From: Myxococcota bacterium
GTDB lineage: Bacteria; Myxococcota_A; Polyangia; Polyangiales; Sandaracinaceae
DNA: 64,000 bases
Assembly: GCA_036149055.1 (NCBI GenBank)
Contig: JAYZQJ010000069.1
Location: forward strand, 32,001 to 96,000
Reading direction: 5' to 3'
The notes beneath the pieces are model-generated. The model ran no database searches. It was not told the origin of the DNA and worked only from the letters and a program-made list of their open reading frames with translations. Positions within the stretch are counted from its first letter, which is position 1, and every line of letters starts with the position of its first letter. Below are positions 9,767 through 19,768 of the stretch, one piece after another. The translations under genes and the position numbers were made by a program.

Positions 9767-10822
9767 ATGGACATGGGACACAGCATCTTCGATCTCCTCG
9801 AGCAGCACGACTACGGTGAGATTCACCTGAAGCGCGACGCGGCGAGCGGCCTCGAGGCCATCGTGGCGATCCACGACACGCGCCTCGGCCCGGCCCTCGG
9901 TGGATGCCGGTTCATCCACTACGACGCGCACGAGGACGCGATCATCGACGCGCTCCGGCTCGCGCGCGGCATGACCTACAAGGCCGCGATCACCGGCATC
10001 CCTCACGGCGGCGGCAAGTCGGTGATCATCCGCCCGAAGGTGCAGTTCGACCGGAGCGCGGTCTTCCGCGCCTTCGGCAAGTTCATCGACGATCTCGGCG
10101 GGCACTACATCACCGCCGAGGACAGCGGCACCGGCATCGAGGACATGGAGATCGTGCGCGGCGTGACCACGCACGTGACCGGCGTGAAGCCCGAGCACGG
10201 CGGCTCCGGCGACCCCTCGCCGTTCACCGCGCTCGGCGTGCGCCGCGGCATCGAGGCGTGCGTGAAGAAGGTCATGGGCCGCGACGACCTCGACGGCGTG
10301 AAGGTCGCCGTGCAGGGCATCGGCCACGTCGGCTACCACCTCTGCAAGGAGGTCCACGAGCTCGGCGCCAAGCTGACCGTCGCCGACGTCGACCCGCTCA
10401 AGGCCGAGCGCGCCGAGCGCGAGTTCGGCGCCCAGGTGGTCGCGCTCGACGAGATCTTCGAGACCGCCTGCGACGTCTTCGCGCCTTGCGCCCTCGGCAG
10501 CGCGCTCAACGACGACACGATCCCGCGCCTGAAGTGCAAGATCGTCGCGGGCGCGGCGAACAACCAGCTCGCCGAGCAGCGCCACGGCGACGACCTCATG
10601 CAGCGCGGCATCCTCTACGCGCCCGACTACGCGATCAACGCGGGCGGCCTCATCAACGTCGCGCAGGAGTACGCCGGCTACGACGCCGAGGTCTCGCGCG
10701 AGCGCACGATGAAGATCTACGACACGATCCTCGAGATCGCCGAGCGCGCCGAGAAGGCGATGGCCCCGACCTACCGCATCGCGGACACGATGGTCGAGGA
10801 GCGCCTGGCCGCCGCCGAGTAG
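9767..10822 (+). CDS. Leucine dehydrogenase (Glu/Leu/Phe/Val dehydrogenase family)
   Basis: LGPALGGCR, RGMTYK, GGGKSVI, YITAED, GDPSP.TA, QGIGHVG and GAANNQL motifs. Confidence 0.93.
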   Translation: MDMGHSIFDLLEQHDYGEIHLKRDAASGLEAIVAIHDTRLGPALGGCRFIHYDAHEDAIIDALRLARGMTYKAAITGIPHGGGKSVIIRPKVQFDRSAVFRAFGKFIDDLGGHYITAEDSGTGIEDMEIVRGVTTHVTGVKPEHGGSGDPSPFTALGVRRGIEACVKKVMGRDDLDGVKVAVQGIGHVGYHLCKEVHELGAKLTVADVDPLKAERAEREFGAQVVALDEIFETACDVFAPCALGSALNDDTIPRLKCKIVAGAANNQLAEQRHGDDLMQRGILYAPDYAINAGGLINVAQEYAGYDAEVSRERTMKIYDTILEIAERAEKAMAPTYRIADTMVEERLAAAE

Positions 10823-10837
10823 CTCACGGGGAGTCGC

Positions 10838-12220
10838 TCACAGGGTCTCCGGCAGCGGGTAGCGGAGCACCTCGGCGCGGGTCGGCCAGCCGCTGATCAG
10901 GTAGTAGAGGAAGCCGTCGGGCGCGTAGGCGAGCCGGCCCCGCTCGCCGGGCGCCTCCCACTCGCCGAGCGAAGTCCCGTCGGGCGCGTGCTCGAGGATG
11001 CGCGCGCTGGTGACCGACACGTAGACCCGGCCGGTGAAGGGGTCGCGCACCATGCTGGTGACGTCCTCGCCGACCTCGGCCCAGACCTCGGTCAGCTCGC
11101 TGTCGGTGGCCACCCGATAGATCGTGCCCTCGTCCACCGCGACCAGCAGGGAGTGACGATCGAACACCGCGCTCGCGTGGATCCGGGCTGGCAGCCGGTG
11201 CAGCTCCTCGGTGGTGCCGGCGTCGAGGTCGGCGCGCACCAGGTCGCCCTGCGCGGTCACGTTGCCCACGTACAGGGTGTTGTCGCGTCCCCAGGTCAGC
11301 CCGTAGGGGCCGGTGTCGAGGGCGCTGTTCTGGAAGGGGCCCTCGCCCGGGCTGGGCATCGCGGTGATCACCATCGGGAGGCTCGTCTCCGGGTCGACGC
11401 GGTCGAGCCGGGCGACGCCCTGGGGATCGGCGGAGACGCAGCCGCACGTCGCGCAGCACACGTAGGTCAGCCCGACCTGCCCCTCGCCCTCGCCGGTGCC
11501 GAACTCGTCGCCTTCGATCCGCCGGACGGCCACCTCGCCCATGTTGAGGTTGGTGACGCCGTTCCAGATCGTGAGCGTCCCGTCCGGGGTGAGCTGACGC
11601 AGGTAGTCGGTGCCGCTGATCATGGTCACCACGTAGGCGTTGCAGGCGTCGTCGAACTCGAGGTCGAACGCGCCGCCGTCGCCGCCGCGCAGGAAGTCGT
11701 CCATGTTCATGCGGTCGAGCGGGGCCGGCGCGCAGGCTCCCGCCGGGCGCTCTCTCAGGCACGACCGTCCCCAACAGGCGGAGTCGTCCTCCGCGCAGCG
11801 GGTCGCGAGGCAGGGCGGCGCGGCGACGCAGCGCCCGTCGAGCCCGCACTCGGTGCCGGGCAGGCACAGGGGGCCGTCGTCGCCGCAGCGCACGCCCTCG
11901 CCGGTGAGGATCCCGGGCGCGCCCTCGTTCGCGCAGGCTCCGGTCGCGAAGTCGCAGACCTCGCCGGCGGCGCAGGGGAGGGCGGCGGGATCGCCGCAGT
12001 CCGCCGCGCACGCGCCGCCCCGGCACGCCTCGCCCGCGCCGCACACGCAGCCGGCGTCCACCGGGCCCGCGTCGCGAGGCGCCCCGGCGTCGGGGCGCGC
12101 TTCGCACACTCCGTCGACGCAGGCCTCGCCCGGGGCGCAGTCGGAGTCGGTCGCGCATCCGTCGACGGGCGCGGGATCGCAGGCGGTCAGGAGGAGCAAG
12201 CAGGAGAGGGCGAAGCGCAT
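10838..12220 (-). CDS. Cys-rich lipoprotein with probable C-terminal beta-propeller
   Basis: LTAC lipobox; Cys-rich N-half; PYGLTW..LYVG, MVRDP.TG.VYV and LAYAPDG.LY blades. Confidence 0.75.
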   Translation of the reverse strand: MRFALSCLLLLTACDPAPVDGCATDSDCAPGEACVDGVCEARPDAGAPRDAGPVDAGCVCGAGEACRGGACAADCGDPAALPCAAGEVCDFATGACANEGAPGILTGEGVRCGDDGPLCLPGTECGLDGRCVAAPPCLATRCAEDDSACWGRSCLRERPAGACAPAPLDRMNMDDFLRGGDGGAFDLEFDDACNAYVVTMISGTDYLRQLTPDGTLTIWNGVTNLNMGEVAVRRIEGDEFGTGEGEGQVGLTYVCCATCGCVSADPQGVARLDRVDPETSLPMVITAMPSPGEGPFQNSALDTGPYGLTWGRDNTLYVGNVTAQGDLVRADLDAGTTEELHRLPARIHASAVFDRHSLLVAVDEGTIYRVATDSELTEVWAEVGEDVTSMVRDPFTGRVYVSVTSARILEHAPDGTSLGEWEAPGERGRLAYAPDGFLYYLISGWPTRAEVLRYPLPETL

Positions 12221-12227
12221 CCTCGCA

Positions 12228-13001
12228 TCATAGCGTGAGCCACACGTAGCCCTGGTCGAGGTCGACCTGGCGCTCGCGACCCTGCGCGTTCCGGACCGTG
12301 AGCTGCCGGCTCCGGTTGGCGGCCATCGACAGCGCGCTCGCCGCCTGGGCCTCGTTCAGCTCGGAGACTCGCTCGTCACCCACCGCCACGATCGCGTCTC
12401 CCGGCTCGATCCCGGCGCGGCCGGCCGGCGAGTGGGGCTCGACCCGGACCACGACGAGCGCGTCGGGGCGCACCTCGTACTCGGCGATGCCCACGCCGCG
12501 GTGGGCGCGCGGGGCGGTGATCCGAATGGTCAGCCAGGAGCCGCCCTCGAGCATGATGCGCGCGTCCGCGTCGGGCACGGCGTTCTGCGGGAGACCGTTG
12601 GTGCGGTGGATGCCGACCGGGTCGGCGCCGACCGTGTCCGCGTCCCACACCTCGAAGCGGAGCGGGGTGCCCGCCGGGAGCCGCACGTTCTGGGCCGGGC
12701 TCGCGTCGAACGTGGGCGTGAGCGAGTCCTGCACCGTCTCGGTCTCGAAGATCAGCGCCTCGTCGCGGTAGACGCGCACGAAGACGTCCGGGAGCCCCTG
12801 GTCGTCGTCCCAGTGCAGATCGCCCGCGCGTCGCGGCCGCACCTGGGCGTCCACCACCGTCAGCTTCCAGACGTCCGCGGGCGCCGAGAGCGAGCCGCTC
12901 GAGCGCTCGGCGCGCACGGGGGTCAGCGAGGTGCCGCGCCGGGGGTAGACGCAGCCGATGGCCAGGGTCGCCGCCAGCAGCGGGAGGAGGAGTCGACGCA
13001 T
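12228..13001 (-). CDS. Lipoprotein with C2-like domain and PDZ domain
   Basis: AIGC lipobox; PDVFVRV..ET.TVQDSLTPTF..LRFEVWDAD.VGADPVG (C2); V.PHSPAGRAGIEPGDAIVAVG (PDZ). Confidence 0.85.
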   Translation of the reverse strand: MRRLLLPLLAATLAIGCVYPRRGTSLTPVRAERSSGSLSAPADVWKLTVVDAQVRPRRAGDLHWDDDQGLPDVFVRVYRDEALIFETETVQDSLTPTFDASPAQNVRLPAGTPLRFEVWDADTVGADPVGIHRTNGLPQNAVPDADARIMLEGGSWLTIRITAPRAHRGVGIAEYEVRPDALVVVRVEPHSPAGRAGIEPGDAIVAVGDERVSELNEAQAASALSMAANRSRQLTVRNAQGRERQVDLDQGYVWLTL

Positions 13002-13069
13002 GATCGAGACGGTAGTCCGCGCGGCGCCGCCTTGGCCACTTCCCGCCGCGTCGGTAGGCTCGTCGCTTC

Positions 13070-13882
13070 ATGCCCGAGCGATGGTGGCGCGAGCCGCTCC
13101 TCCACTTTCTCGCCCTGGGGGCCGCCCTCTTCGCCGCCGACGCGGCGCTGCGCCCGGCCGAGGAGGAGGCGCGCGTGATCGTCGTGGACGGCCCGCTCCG
13201 GCGCGAGCTCGCCGAGCGTCTCGAGACCCGGCTGGGCCGGCCGCCGACGGAGGAGGAGCGCGCCGCCGACGTGGAGCGCTGGGTGGAAGACGAGGTGCTC
13301 TATCGGGAGGGGCTGCGCCGCGGCTTCGACGCGCACGATCCGACGGTGCGGGCCAGGGTGGCGGCGCGCATGGAGCGGGTGCTGCGCGAGGGCGTGATCG
13401 TGCCCGCGCCGGACGACGACGCGCTCCGGGAGCTGCTGCGGCGCGATCCCGGCCGGTGGGCGGAGGAGGCGCGCGTGGACTTCACGCAGGTCTACGTCGA
13501 GGGGCACGGCGAGGCGGCGGAGGCGCGCGCGGAGGCGTTGCTCGGGCTGCTGCGCGCCGGCGCCTCGCCGGCCGGGCTCGGGGATCGCTTCTCGGGCGGC
13601 CGCCGCTACCGGAGCCGCCGGCTCTCGGACCTCGCGGCGTCGTTCGGGGAGGGCTTCGTGGACGGGCTCGACGCGCAGCCGCCGGGCAGCTGGGCGCTCC
13701 GCCGCTCGCGGGCCGGGCTCCACCTCGTGCGGCTCGACGCCCGCACGGCGCCCGCCAGCCCCTCGTTCGACGCGCTGCGGGACGATCTCCGGCGCGCGTG
13801 GATCGAGGAGGCGGAGACGCGCGCGGTGGCCGAGGAGACCGGTCGCCTGAAGGCGGGCTGGGAGATCCGGACCGCGCCATGA
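13070..13882 (+). CDS. PpiC/rotamase-2-like peptidyl-prolyl isomerase family protein
   Basis: REPLLHFLALGAALF, EVLYREG..G, F.QVY and FG..F..L..W..S..G.HLV motifs. Confidence 0.8.
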   Translation: MPERWWREPLLHFLALGAALFAADAALRPAEEEARVIVVDGPLRRELAERLETRLGRPPTEEERAADVERWVEDEVLYREGLRRGFDAHDPTVRARVAARMERVLREGVIVPAPDDDALRELLRRDPGRWAEEARVDFTQVYVEGHGEAAEARAEALLGLLRAGASPAGLGDRFSGGRRYRSRRLSDLAASFGEGFVDGLDAQPPGSWALRRSRAGLHLVRLDARTAPASPSFDALRDDLRRAWIEEAETRAVAEETGRLKAGWEIRTAP

Positions 13883-14799
13883 GGATCGCGCTCGCCCTGT
13901 TCGTGCTCCTGCTGCCCGGGCTCGCTCGGGCGCACGACTTCTCGCCCGGGGTGCTGACGCTCGTGGAGACCGAGCCGGGCGTCTACCGCTACACCTTCGC
14001 GCCGCCGGTCGACGATGGCGTCGCGCTCGAGTCCCGGCTGCGCTTCCCGGCGGAGTGCGAGGCGACCGACGTCACGCTCCGCTGCCCGGGCGGGCTGCGG
14101 GGCGAGGTCACCTTCGGGCGCGGCATCGACCGCCGCACCCAGATCGTGGTCACGCTGACCCGCCTCGACGGCCGGCGGCGGGAGACGGTGGTGAGCGGCG
14201 CCGCGCCCACCTGGGAGGTCGAGGAGACGGGAGGCTCCTTCGGGCGCTGGGTCTGGATCGGGGCCGAGCACGTCTGGCTCGGCTTCGACCACCTCGCCTT
14301 CGTGCTCGGGCTGCTGCTCGTGCTCGCCGGTCGGCCGCGCCTGTTCCGGCGCGCGCTCGCCGCGATCACCGCGTTCACGGTGGCCCACTCGATCACGCTC
14401 GCCGCCGCCTCGCTCGGGCTGCTGGAGGTGCCGACGCCGCCGGTCGAGGCGGCCATCGCGCTCAGCGTGGTCCTGCTCGCGCGGGAGTCGCTGCACGATC
14501 GGGACACCTGGACCCGCCGCGCGCCCTGGCTCGTGGCCCTGATCTTCGGGCTCGTGCACGGCCTCGGCTTCGCGTCCGCGCTCGCCGACATCGGGCTGCC
14601 GGCCGAGGGGCTCGCGCCCGCGCTGCTCGGCTTCAACCTCGGGGTCGAGCTCGCGCAGATCAGCGTGGTCGCGGCGGCCCTCGGGCTCCTGCACGTCTTC
14701 GAGCGCCGGGCCGCGCTCGCCCGCCGGGCGCTCGCCTACGGCATCGGCGCGGTCGGCGCGCTCTGGCTCGTGGAGCGCTGCGCGGGCCTCGGCGCGTGA
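13879..14799 (+). CDS. HupE/UreJ family membrane protein
   Basis: G.EH...GFDHLAF, TAFTVAHSITL, FGLVHGLGFA and FNLGVE motifs; ATGA overlap. Confidence 0.9.
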   Translation: MRIALALFVLLLPGLARAHDFSPGVLTLVETEPGVYRYTFAPPVDDGVALESRLRFPAECEATDVTLRCPGGLRGEVTFGRGIDRRTQIVVTLTRLDGRRRETVVSGAAPTWEVEETGGSFGRWVWIGAEHVWLGFDHLAFVLGLLLVLAGRPRLFRRALAAITAFTVAHSITLAAASLGLLEVPTPPVEAAIALSVVLLARESLHDRDTWTRRAPWLVALIFGLVHGLGFASALADIGLPAEGLAPALLGFNLGVELAQISVVAAALGLLHVFERRAALARRALAYGIGAVGALWLVERCAGLGA

Positions 14800-14800
14800 G

Positions 14801-16828
14801 TCAGCGCTCCACGCGGAAGCGGCCGAGCGACGAGCGGGCCTCGTGGTCGCAGCTCGCGGCCTCGGCGTACCACTCCCAGAGGGTGCCCGCGCGGGCGCCG
14901 TCGAGCGTCACCGAGACCGCGCCGGTCGCCCCCTCCACCCGGCCGACCGACGCGAAGCGCGCCGAGCCGACGCGGCGGGACGAGAGGTCCATCGGGATCG
15001 TGAACTCGCTGTTGGCGTCGGTCTCCCAGCGATCGAGCTCCGGCGAGTAGGTGCGCACCGTGATCTCGTCGTTCGCCGGCGAGAACTCCCAGAGGCGCAT
15101 GTAGCCGGCGCCGCCCTGATCGCGGCCCTGGTAGTCGGCGACCATGGAGTGGATCGCGTGCCCCTCGAAGCGATCGACCCGCCGGCGCTCGGCGGTGATG
15201 TGGCCCGAGGTCATCAGGTGCACGTTGGGCAGGTCGCGCAGGCCCCGGTAGATCGCGCGGCCCTGCGGCGTGAGGTCGGCGCGCCCGTTCACCAGGTAGT
15301 GCGAGTTGAGGATGCCGAAGGCGTCCGGGTGCGCCTGGAAGACCTGCCGCGCCCAGGCGACGACCGCCGGGTCCTGGCTCTCGTCGAACTCCAGGTTCAC
15401 GACGAGGATCTCCATGCCGTCGGCCTGGAAGGTCACCCAGCTCTGGTCGTTGGTGGAGCCGTAGTGCCCGCCGTACCAGAAGCGGTCGGCGAAGCGCGCG
15501 ACGCCGAAGTGGCGGTTGAACTCGGTGGTGTCGCCCGGCGAGCGCCGGGGCCACTGATCGTGGTTGCCCACCGAGAGGCCGTAGGGGACGCCGTCGGCGA
15601 AGCGCGGCAGCGGTCGCTCGAGCCGCCCGAGGGCGCGGTCGGCCACGCGCCACTGATAGGCCACCCGGGCGTCGCCGACGATGTCGCCGTTGTGGATGAC
15701 GCCGACGATGTCGTAGCGGTCGCGGTTGTCGACCACCCAGCGCGTCTGGGCGTGGAAGAAGCGCTCCAGATTGCGGCGCTCGATGGTGTAGTTCTGGGTG
15801 TCGGGCAGGACGACGACGGTGAAGTCGTCGTCTTCGGTGATCTGCCGGGCGAAGACCTCGACGTCGACCGGCGCCTCGGTCTCCACGCCCACCGTGAGCG
15901 TGCGCCCGGCCGGGGCCTCGAGGGTGAGGGCGGGCGGCGCGCCGCGATCGAGGGAGACGCCCGGGGCCGGGACCGCGCCCACGACCGCGCCGTGCGTCTC
16001 GCCGACCGCGTCGGGCGCGGCGTCGCCGCCGTCCAGCGCCCAGCGAGCCACGAGCCCGTCCGCCGCCTCGACCCGGCGGTGCAGCGTCTCGCGCAGCTCG
16101 GCGCCGGAGCGGGCGCGGCTCCAGACGCGCACCTCGTCCATGCGGCCGGCGAACGCGCCGCGCGGGGTGCCCTCGGAGTCGAAGGTCGCGCCGAGGCCGA
16201 AGTGCTGCACGCTGTCGGCGCGCGGGGTGGCGTCCACCTGGAGGCGGCGGTCGAGGCGCCCGTCGAGGAACAGCCGCCACGCGGCGCCGTCGTAGGTCAC
16301 CGCGACGTGGTGCCACTCGCCGATCGGCACCGCGGTCTGCCCGAGCACGGGGTGGTTGGCGCCGCTCTCGAGGTCCTCGAAGTCGGCCGCGAGCACGTCG
16401 CCGTGGAGGCCGAAGGCGTAGTTGCAGTCGAGCTCGCTGCCGTCGCGCTCGCCGCGCCCCTTGGCGATGACGGGCACGAGGCGCACGCCGCCGGCGCCGG
16501 TGCCGCTCTCGGCCCCCCGCCCCTCCCGGTGGATCCAGGCCTCGAGCGTGAAGGTCGCGAGGCCGAGCGCGGGCGCCGGGCCCATCGCCACGTGGTCGTC
16601 GACGCCGTCGAAGAGGAGCGCGCCGTCGCCGGGGGCGCCGCAGGGCGCGGGGCCCGCGTCGAGCTCGATCGCCGCGTCCCTCGGCTCCGGCGCGCCCGCG
16701 TCCGAGACCTCGGCGTCCTCGAGGGCCGCGTCCTCGAGGGCCGCGTCGGGCGGGGCCTCCGAGGGCGCGCCGCAGGCGGCGAGCGAGAGCGCCGAGAGGA
16801 GCGCCAACTGGAGTGGGCATCGCGTCAT
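14801..16828 (-). CDS. Lipoprotein with LamG domain and calcineurin-like metallophosphoesterase
   Basis: LAAC lipobox; FTLEAW..WHHVAVTYDG..MDEVRVW (LamG); PDTQ, GDIV, GNHD, SH and GH (phosphoesterase). Confidence 0.85.
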   Translation of the reverse strand: MTRCPLQLALLSALSLAACGAPSEAPPDAALEDAALEDAEVSDAGAPEPRDAAIELDAGPAPCGAPGDGALLFDGVDDHVAMGPAPALGLATFTLEAWIHREGRGAESGTGAGGVRLVPVIAKGRGERDGSELDCNYAFGLHGDVLAADFEDLESGANHPVLGQTAVPIGEWHHVAVTYDGAAWRLFLDGRLDRRLQVDATPRADSVQHFGLGATFDSEGTPRGAFAGRMDEVRVWSRARSGAELRETLHRRVEAADGLVARWALDGGDAAPDAVGETHGAVVGAVPAPGVSLDRGAPPALTLEAPAGRTLTVGVETEAPVDVEVFARQITEDDDFTVVVLPDTQNYTIERRNLERFFHAQTRWVVDNRDRYDIVGVIHNGDIVGDARVAYQWRVADRALGRLERPLPRFADGVPYGLSVGNHDQWPRRSPGDTTEFNRHFGVARFADRFWYGGHYGSTNDQSWVTFQADGMEILVVNLEFDESQDPAVVAWARQVFQAHPDAFGILNSHYLVNGRADLTPQGRAIYRGLRDLPNVHLMTSGHITAERRRVDRFEGHAIHSMVADYQGRDQGGAGYMRLWEFSPANDEITVRTYSPELDRWETDANSEFTIPMDLSSRRVGSARFASVGRVEGATGAVSVTLDGARAGTLWEWYAEAASCDHEARSSLGRFRVER

Positions 16829-16842
16829 CGACCGGAGGAGAG

Positions 16843-16859
16843 TGCGACCGACGTGCCAG
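16843..16859 (-). promoter_or_regulatory. Candidate sigma-54 (-24/-12) promoter
   Basis: CTGGCACGTCGGTCGCA gives GG-N10-GC with TGGCACG, about 15 nt before ATG 16828. Confidence 0.6.
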
Positions 16860-16987
16860 CCGCCCGCCGGCCCCGTCGGGTCGGGAGGGGCGCCCGGGAA
16901 CGCCCAGCGACCGGACACCCGATGCGACACGTTGGCGCAGCTCCCTCGCGTCTCGACGGGAGCAGCGACCGCGGGTACAACCGCGGC

Positions 16988-18394
16988 ATGCGACGGGCCA
17001 AGATCGTCTGCACGCTCGGTCCGGCGACCAACACCCTCGAGGCGATCGAGGCGCTGGTGGACGCCGGTATGGACTGCGCGCGTCTGAACTTCTCCCACGG
17101 CACCCACGAGGACCACCAGAAGGTCGCCTCGCTGGTGCGGGAGGCGGCGGCCCGTCGGCGCAAGCCGGTGGCGATCCTCGGTGACCTCTGCGGGCCGAAG
17201 ATGCGGGTCGGCAAGTTCCCCGGCGGGCCCATCCAGCTGAAGGAGGGCGCGCGCTTCACGCTGACCAGCCGCGACGTGGAGGGCAGCGAGGAGGAGGTCT
17301 CCCACAGCTACGACCCGCTCCCGCGGGACGTGGTGCCCGGAGACGCGATCCTGCTCGACGACGGGCTGCTGCGCCTCCGGGTGGTGGAGACCACCGAGAC
17401 CGACGTCATCACCGAGGTCGAGATCGGCGGCAAGCTCAGCGACCGCAAGGGCATGAACGTGCCCGGCGCGAACCTCTCGACGCCCGCGCTGACCGAGAAG
17501 GATCGCGAGGATCTCGCCTTCGCCGTCGACACGATCAAGGTCGACTACCTCGCGCTCAGCTTCGTGCGGAGCGCCGACGACGTGGCGCAGGCGCAGATGC
17601 TCGCGAAGGGCACGCCGGTCATCGCCAAGCTCGAGAAGCCCGAGGCGATCGACCAGCTCGGCGCGATCCTCGACACCGCCGAGGGCGCGATGGTCGCCCG
17701 CGGCGACCTCGGGGTGGAGGTCGGCTCCGAGAAGGTGCCGCTGATCCAGAAGCGCATCATCCGCGAGGTGAACGAGCGCGGAAAGATCGTGATCACCGCC
17801 ACCCAGATGCTCGACTCGATGATCCGCAACCCGCGGCCCACCCGCGCGGAGGCGGCCGACGTGGCCAACGCGGTCATCGACGGCACCGACGCGGTGATGC
17901 TCAGCGGCGAGACCGCGGCCGGCCGCTACCCCGTGAAGGCGGTGCAGATGATGGCCGCCATCATCGACGAGGTGGAGGCCGAGTGGGTCACCGACGAAGA
18001 GGGCGGCATCAGCGACCCGACGATGGTGAAGAACAAGTGGGGCTTCACCGACGCGGCGGCCCGGGCCGCGGCGATGCTCAGCTACGCGCTCCCGCTCAAG
18101 GCCATCGTCGCCTTCACCCGTGACGGGCGCACCGCGCGCCTGCTCAGCGAGTACCGGCCGCGGGCCGACATCATCGCGATCACCGCGCGCCCCGAGATCG
18201 CCAACCGCATGGCCCTCGAGTGGGGCGTGACCCCCCGCCTCGAGATCCCGCCGGACACCCTCGAGGAGGCGCTCCGCCTCGCGTCGGCCCTGCTGGTGCG
18301 CGAGAAGTTCTGCACGCACGGGGACCTGGTGGCGCTCACCATCGGCTGGCCGCCGTCGGTGGGCACCAACACGGTGAAGCTCCACACCCTCTGA
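16988..18394 (+). CDS. pyk: Pyruvate kinase
   Basis: RRAKIVCTLGPA, ARLNFSHG, MVARGDLGVE, ATQMLDSM and DAVMLSGETA motifs. Confidence 0.97.
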   Translation: MRRAKIVCTLGPATNTLEAIEALVDAGMDCARLNFSHGTHEDHQKVASLVREAAARRRKPVAILGDLCGPKMRVGKFPGGPIQLKEGARFTLTSRDVEGSEEEVSHSYDPLPRDVVPGDAILLDDGLLRLRVVETTETDVITEVEIGGKLSDRKGMNVPGANLSTPALTEKDREDLAFAVDTIKVDYLALSFVRSADDVAQAQMLAKGTPVIAKLEKPEAIDQLGAILDTAEGAMVARGDLGVEVGSEKVPLIQKRIIREVNERGKIVITATQMLDSMIRNPRPTRAEAADVANAVIDGTDAVMLSGETAAGRYPVKAVQMMAAIIDEVEAEWVTDEEGGISDPTMVKNKWGFTDAAARAAAMLSYALPLKAIVAFTRDGRTARLLSEYRPRADIIAITARPEIANRMALEWGVTPRLEIPPDTLEEALRLASALLVREKFCTHGDLVALTIGWPPSVGTNTVKLHTL

Positions 18395-18413
18395 TGTCCG
18401 AGAGCGGTACGCA

Positions 18414-19754
18414 TTGAACGGCATCCCCGAAACGATCGGGCGCTACCAGGTCGAGCGGCTCCTCGGCCAGGGGGCGATGGGATCGGTCTACCTCGGCCGT
18501 GACCTCGACCTCGATCGCGCGGTGGCCATCAAGACGGTGCGCCACCTCGACCTCGAGGAGAAGCGCCTCCAGACCTTCCTCGAGCGGTTCAAGAACGAGG
18601 CCCGCGCCGCGGCCCGGCTCAGCCACCCCGCGATCGTCGCGGTCTACGACGTGGGCGAGGACGAAGGCGTCGGGCCCTACCTCGTCTTCGAGTACGTCGC
18701 GGGCAGCACGCTCAAGCAGATCCTCCGGGGTCGCGGCCCGCTCGCGCCCGACGCGGTGGTGCGGCTCGGCCGGCAGATCGCGGCGGCGCTCGACACGGCC
18801 CACGCGGCCGGCGTGATCCACCGCGACGTGAAGCCGGACAACATCCTGGTGAGCGCCACCGGCGACGCCAAGCTCGCCGACTTCGGCGTGGCGCGGGTGC
18901 CCGACGCGGCGCTGACGAAGGAGGGGCAGTTCCTCGGCACGCCCTGCTACGCGGCGCCGGAGACGCTCGACGAGGGCCGCTACGGCCCACACACCGATCT
19001 CTTCTCGTTCGCCGCGGTGCTGTACGAGGCGATCACCGGCTCGCGCGCCTTCCCGGGCGACGACGCGATCAGCGTGGCGCACCACGTGGTGCACGACGAC
19101 CCGGATCCGCCGAGCGTGAACCGGCCGGACGTGCGCATCCCGAAGGAGGTCGATCGCGTGATCATGCGCGGCCTCCAGAAGAACCCCGACGCCCGCTACG
19201 AGAGCGCGATGGCGCTCGTCGACGCGCTCGCCTCGGCCTACGTGTCGACCGGCGTGCTCGACCGCGATCCGACCGGCGCCCAGGTGCTGCCGGTCCCCGA
19301 GCCGCCGCCGCGTCGCTCCTCGGGCTGGATGTTCTACCTGGTCGCCATCGCGCTGCTCGCGGTGGGCGTCGCGTTCGTGGCCGCCTTCCTCGACCCCGAG
19401 CCCGACCCGGTGGTCGACCTGGCGCCGCGGGCCGACGCCGGGGCGCCGGTCGACGCCGCCGGCGAGCCGGAGATCGTCGCGGTCGACGCGGGCGTGCGGG
19501 CGCAGGACTCCGGGCTCGCCGAGGCGGTGGTCGACAGCGGGGTGGAGGCGCCGGACTCCGGCGTGATCGACGTCGCCTCCATGAGCCCCTTCGAGCGAGA
19601 CGAGGCGGCCAAGGACGCGGTGGACCGCGCGCGCCAGGCGATCGAGGACGGCGACCTCGACGCCGCCGAGCAGGCGCTCCGGCGGGCCCGCCTCTACGAC
19701 CCCGGCAACGACGACATCCCCGCCCTCGAAGAAGACCTCCGCCAGCGGCGTTGA
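18414..19754 (+). CDS. Transmembrane Ser/Thr protein kinase with C-terminal TPR-like segment
   Basis: LGQGAMG, VAIK, HRDVKPDN, DFG and YAAPE motifs; one TM helix. Confidence 0.93.
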   Translation: MNGIPETIGRYQVERLLGQGAMGSVYLGRDLDLDRAVAIKTVRHLDLEEKRLQTFLERFKNEARAAARLSHPAIVAVYDVGEDEGVGPYLVFEYVAGSTLKQILRGRGPLAPDAVVRLGRQIAAALDTAHAAGVIHRDVKPDNILVSATGDAKLADFGVARVPDAALTKEGQFLGTPCYAAPETLDEGRYGPHTDLFSFAAVLYEAITGSRAFPGDDAISVAHHVVHDDPDPPSVNRPDVRIPKEVDRVIMRGLQKNPDARYESAMALVDALASAYVSTGVLDRDPTGAQVLPVPEPPPRRSSGWMFYLVAIALLAVGVAFVAAFLDPEPDPVVDLAPRADAGAPVDAAGEPEIVAVDAGVRAQDSGLAEAVVDSGVEAPDSGVIDVASMSPFERDEAAKDAVDRARQAIEDGDLDAAEQALRRARLYDPGNDDIPALEEDLRQRR

Positions 19755-19768
19755 GGTATGCTGCGCCG

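Noticed and set aside
14801..18424. Two fully overlapping ~1200-aa ORFs on opposite strands
   Set aside because: Each is a real gene (phosphoesterase from 16828, pyk from 16988) extended by the antisense of the other.
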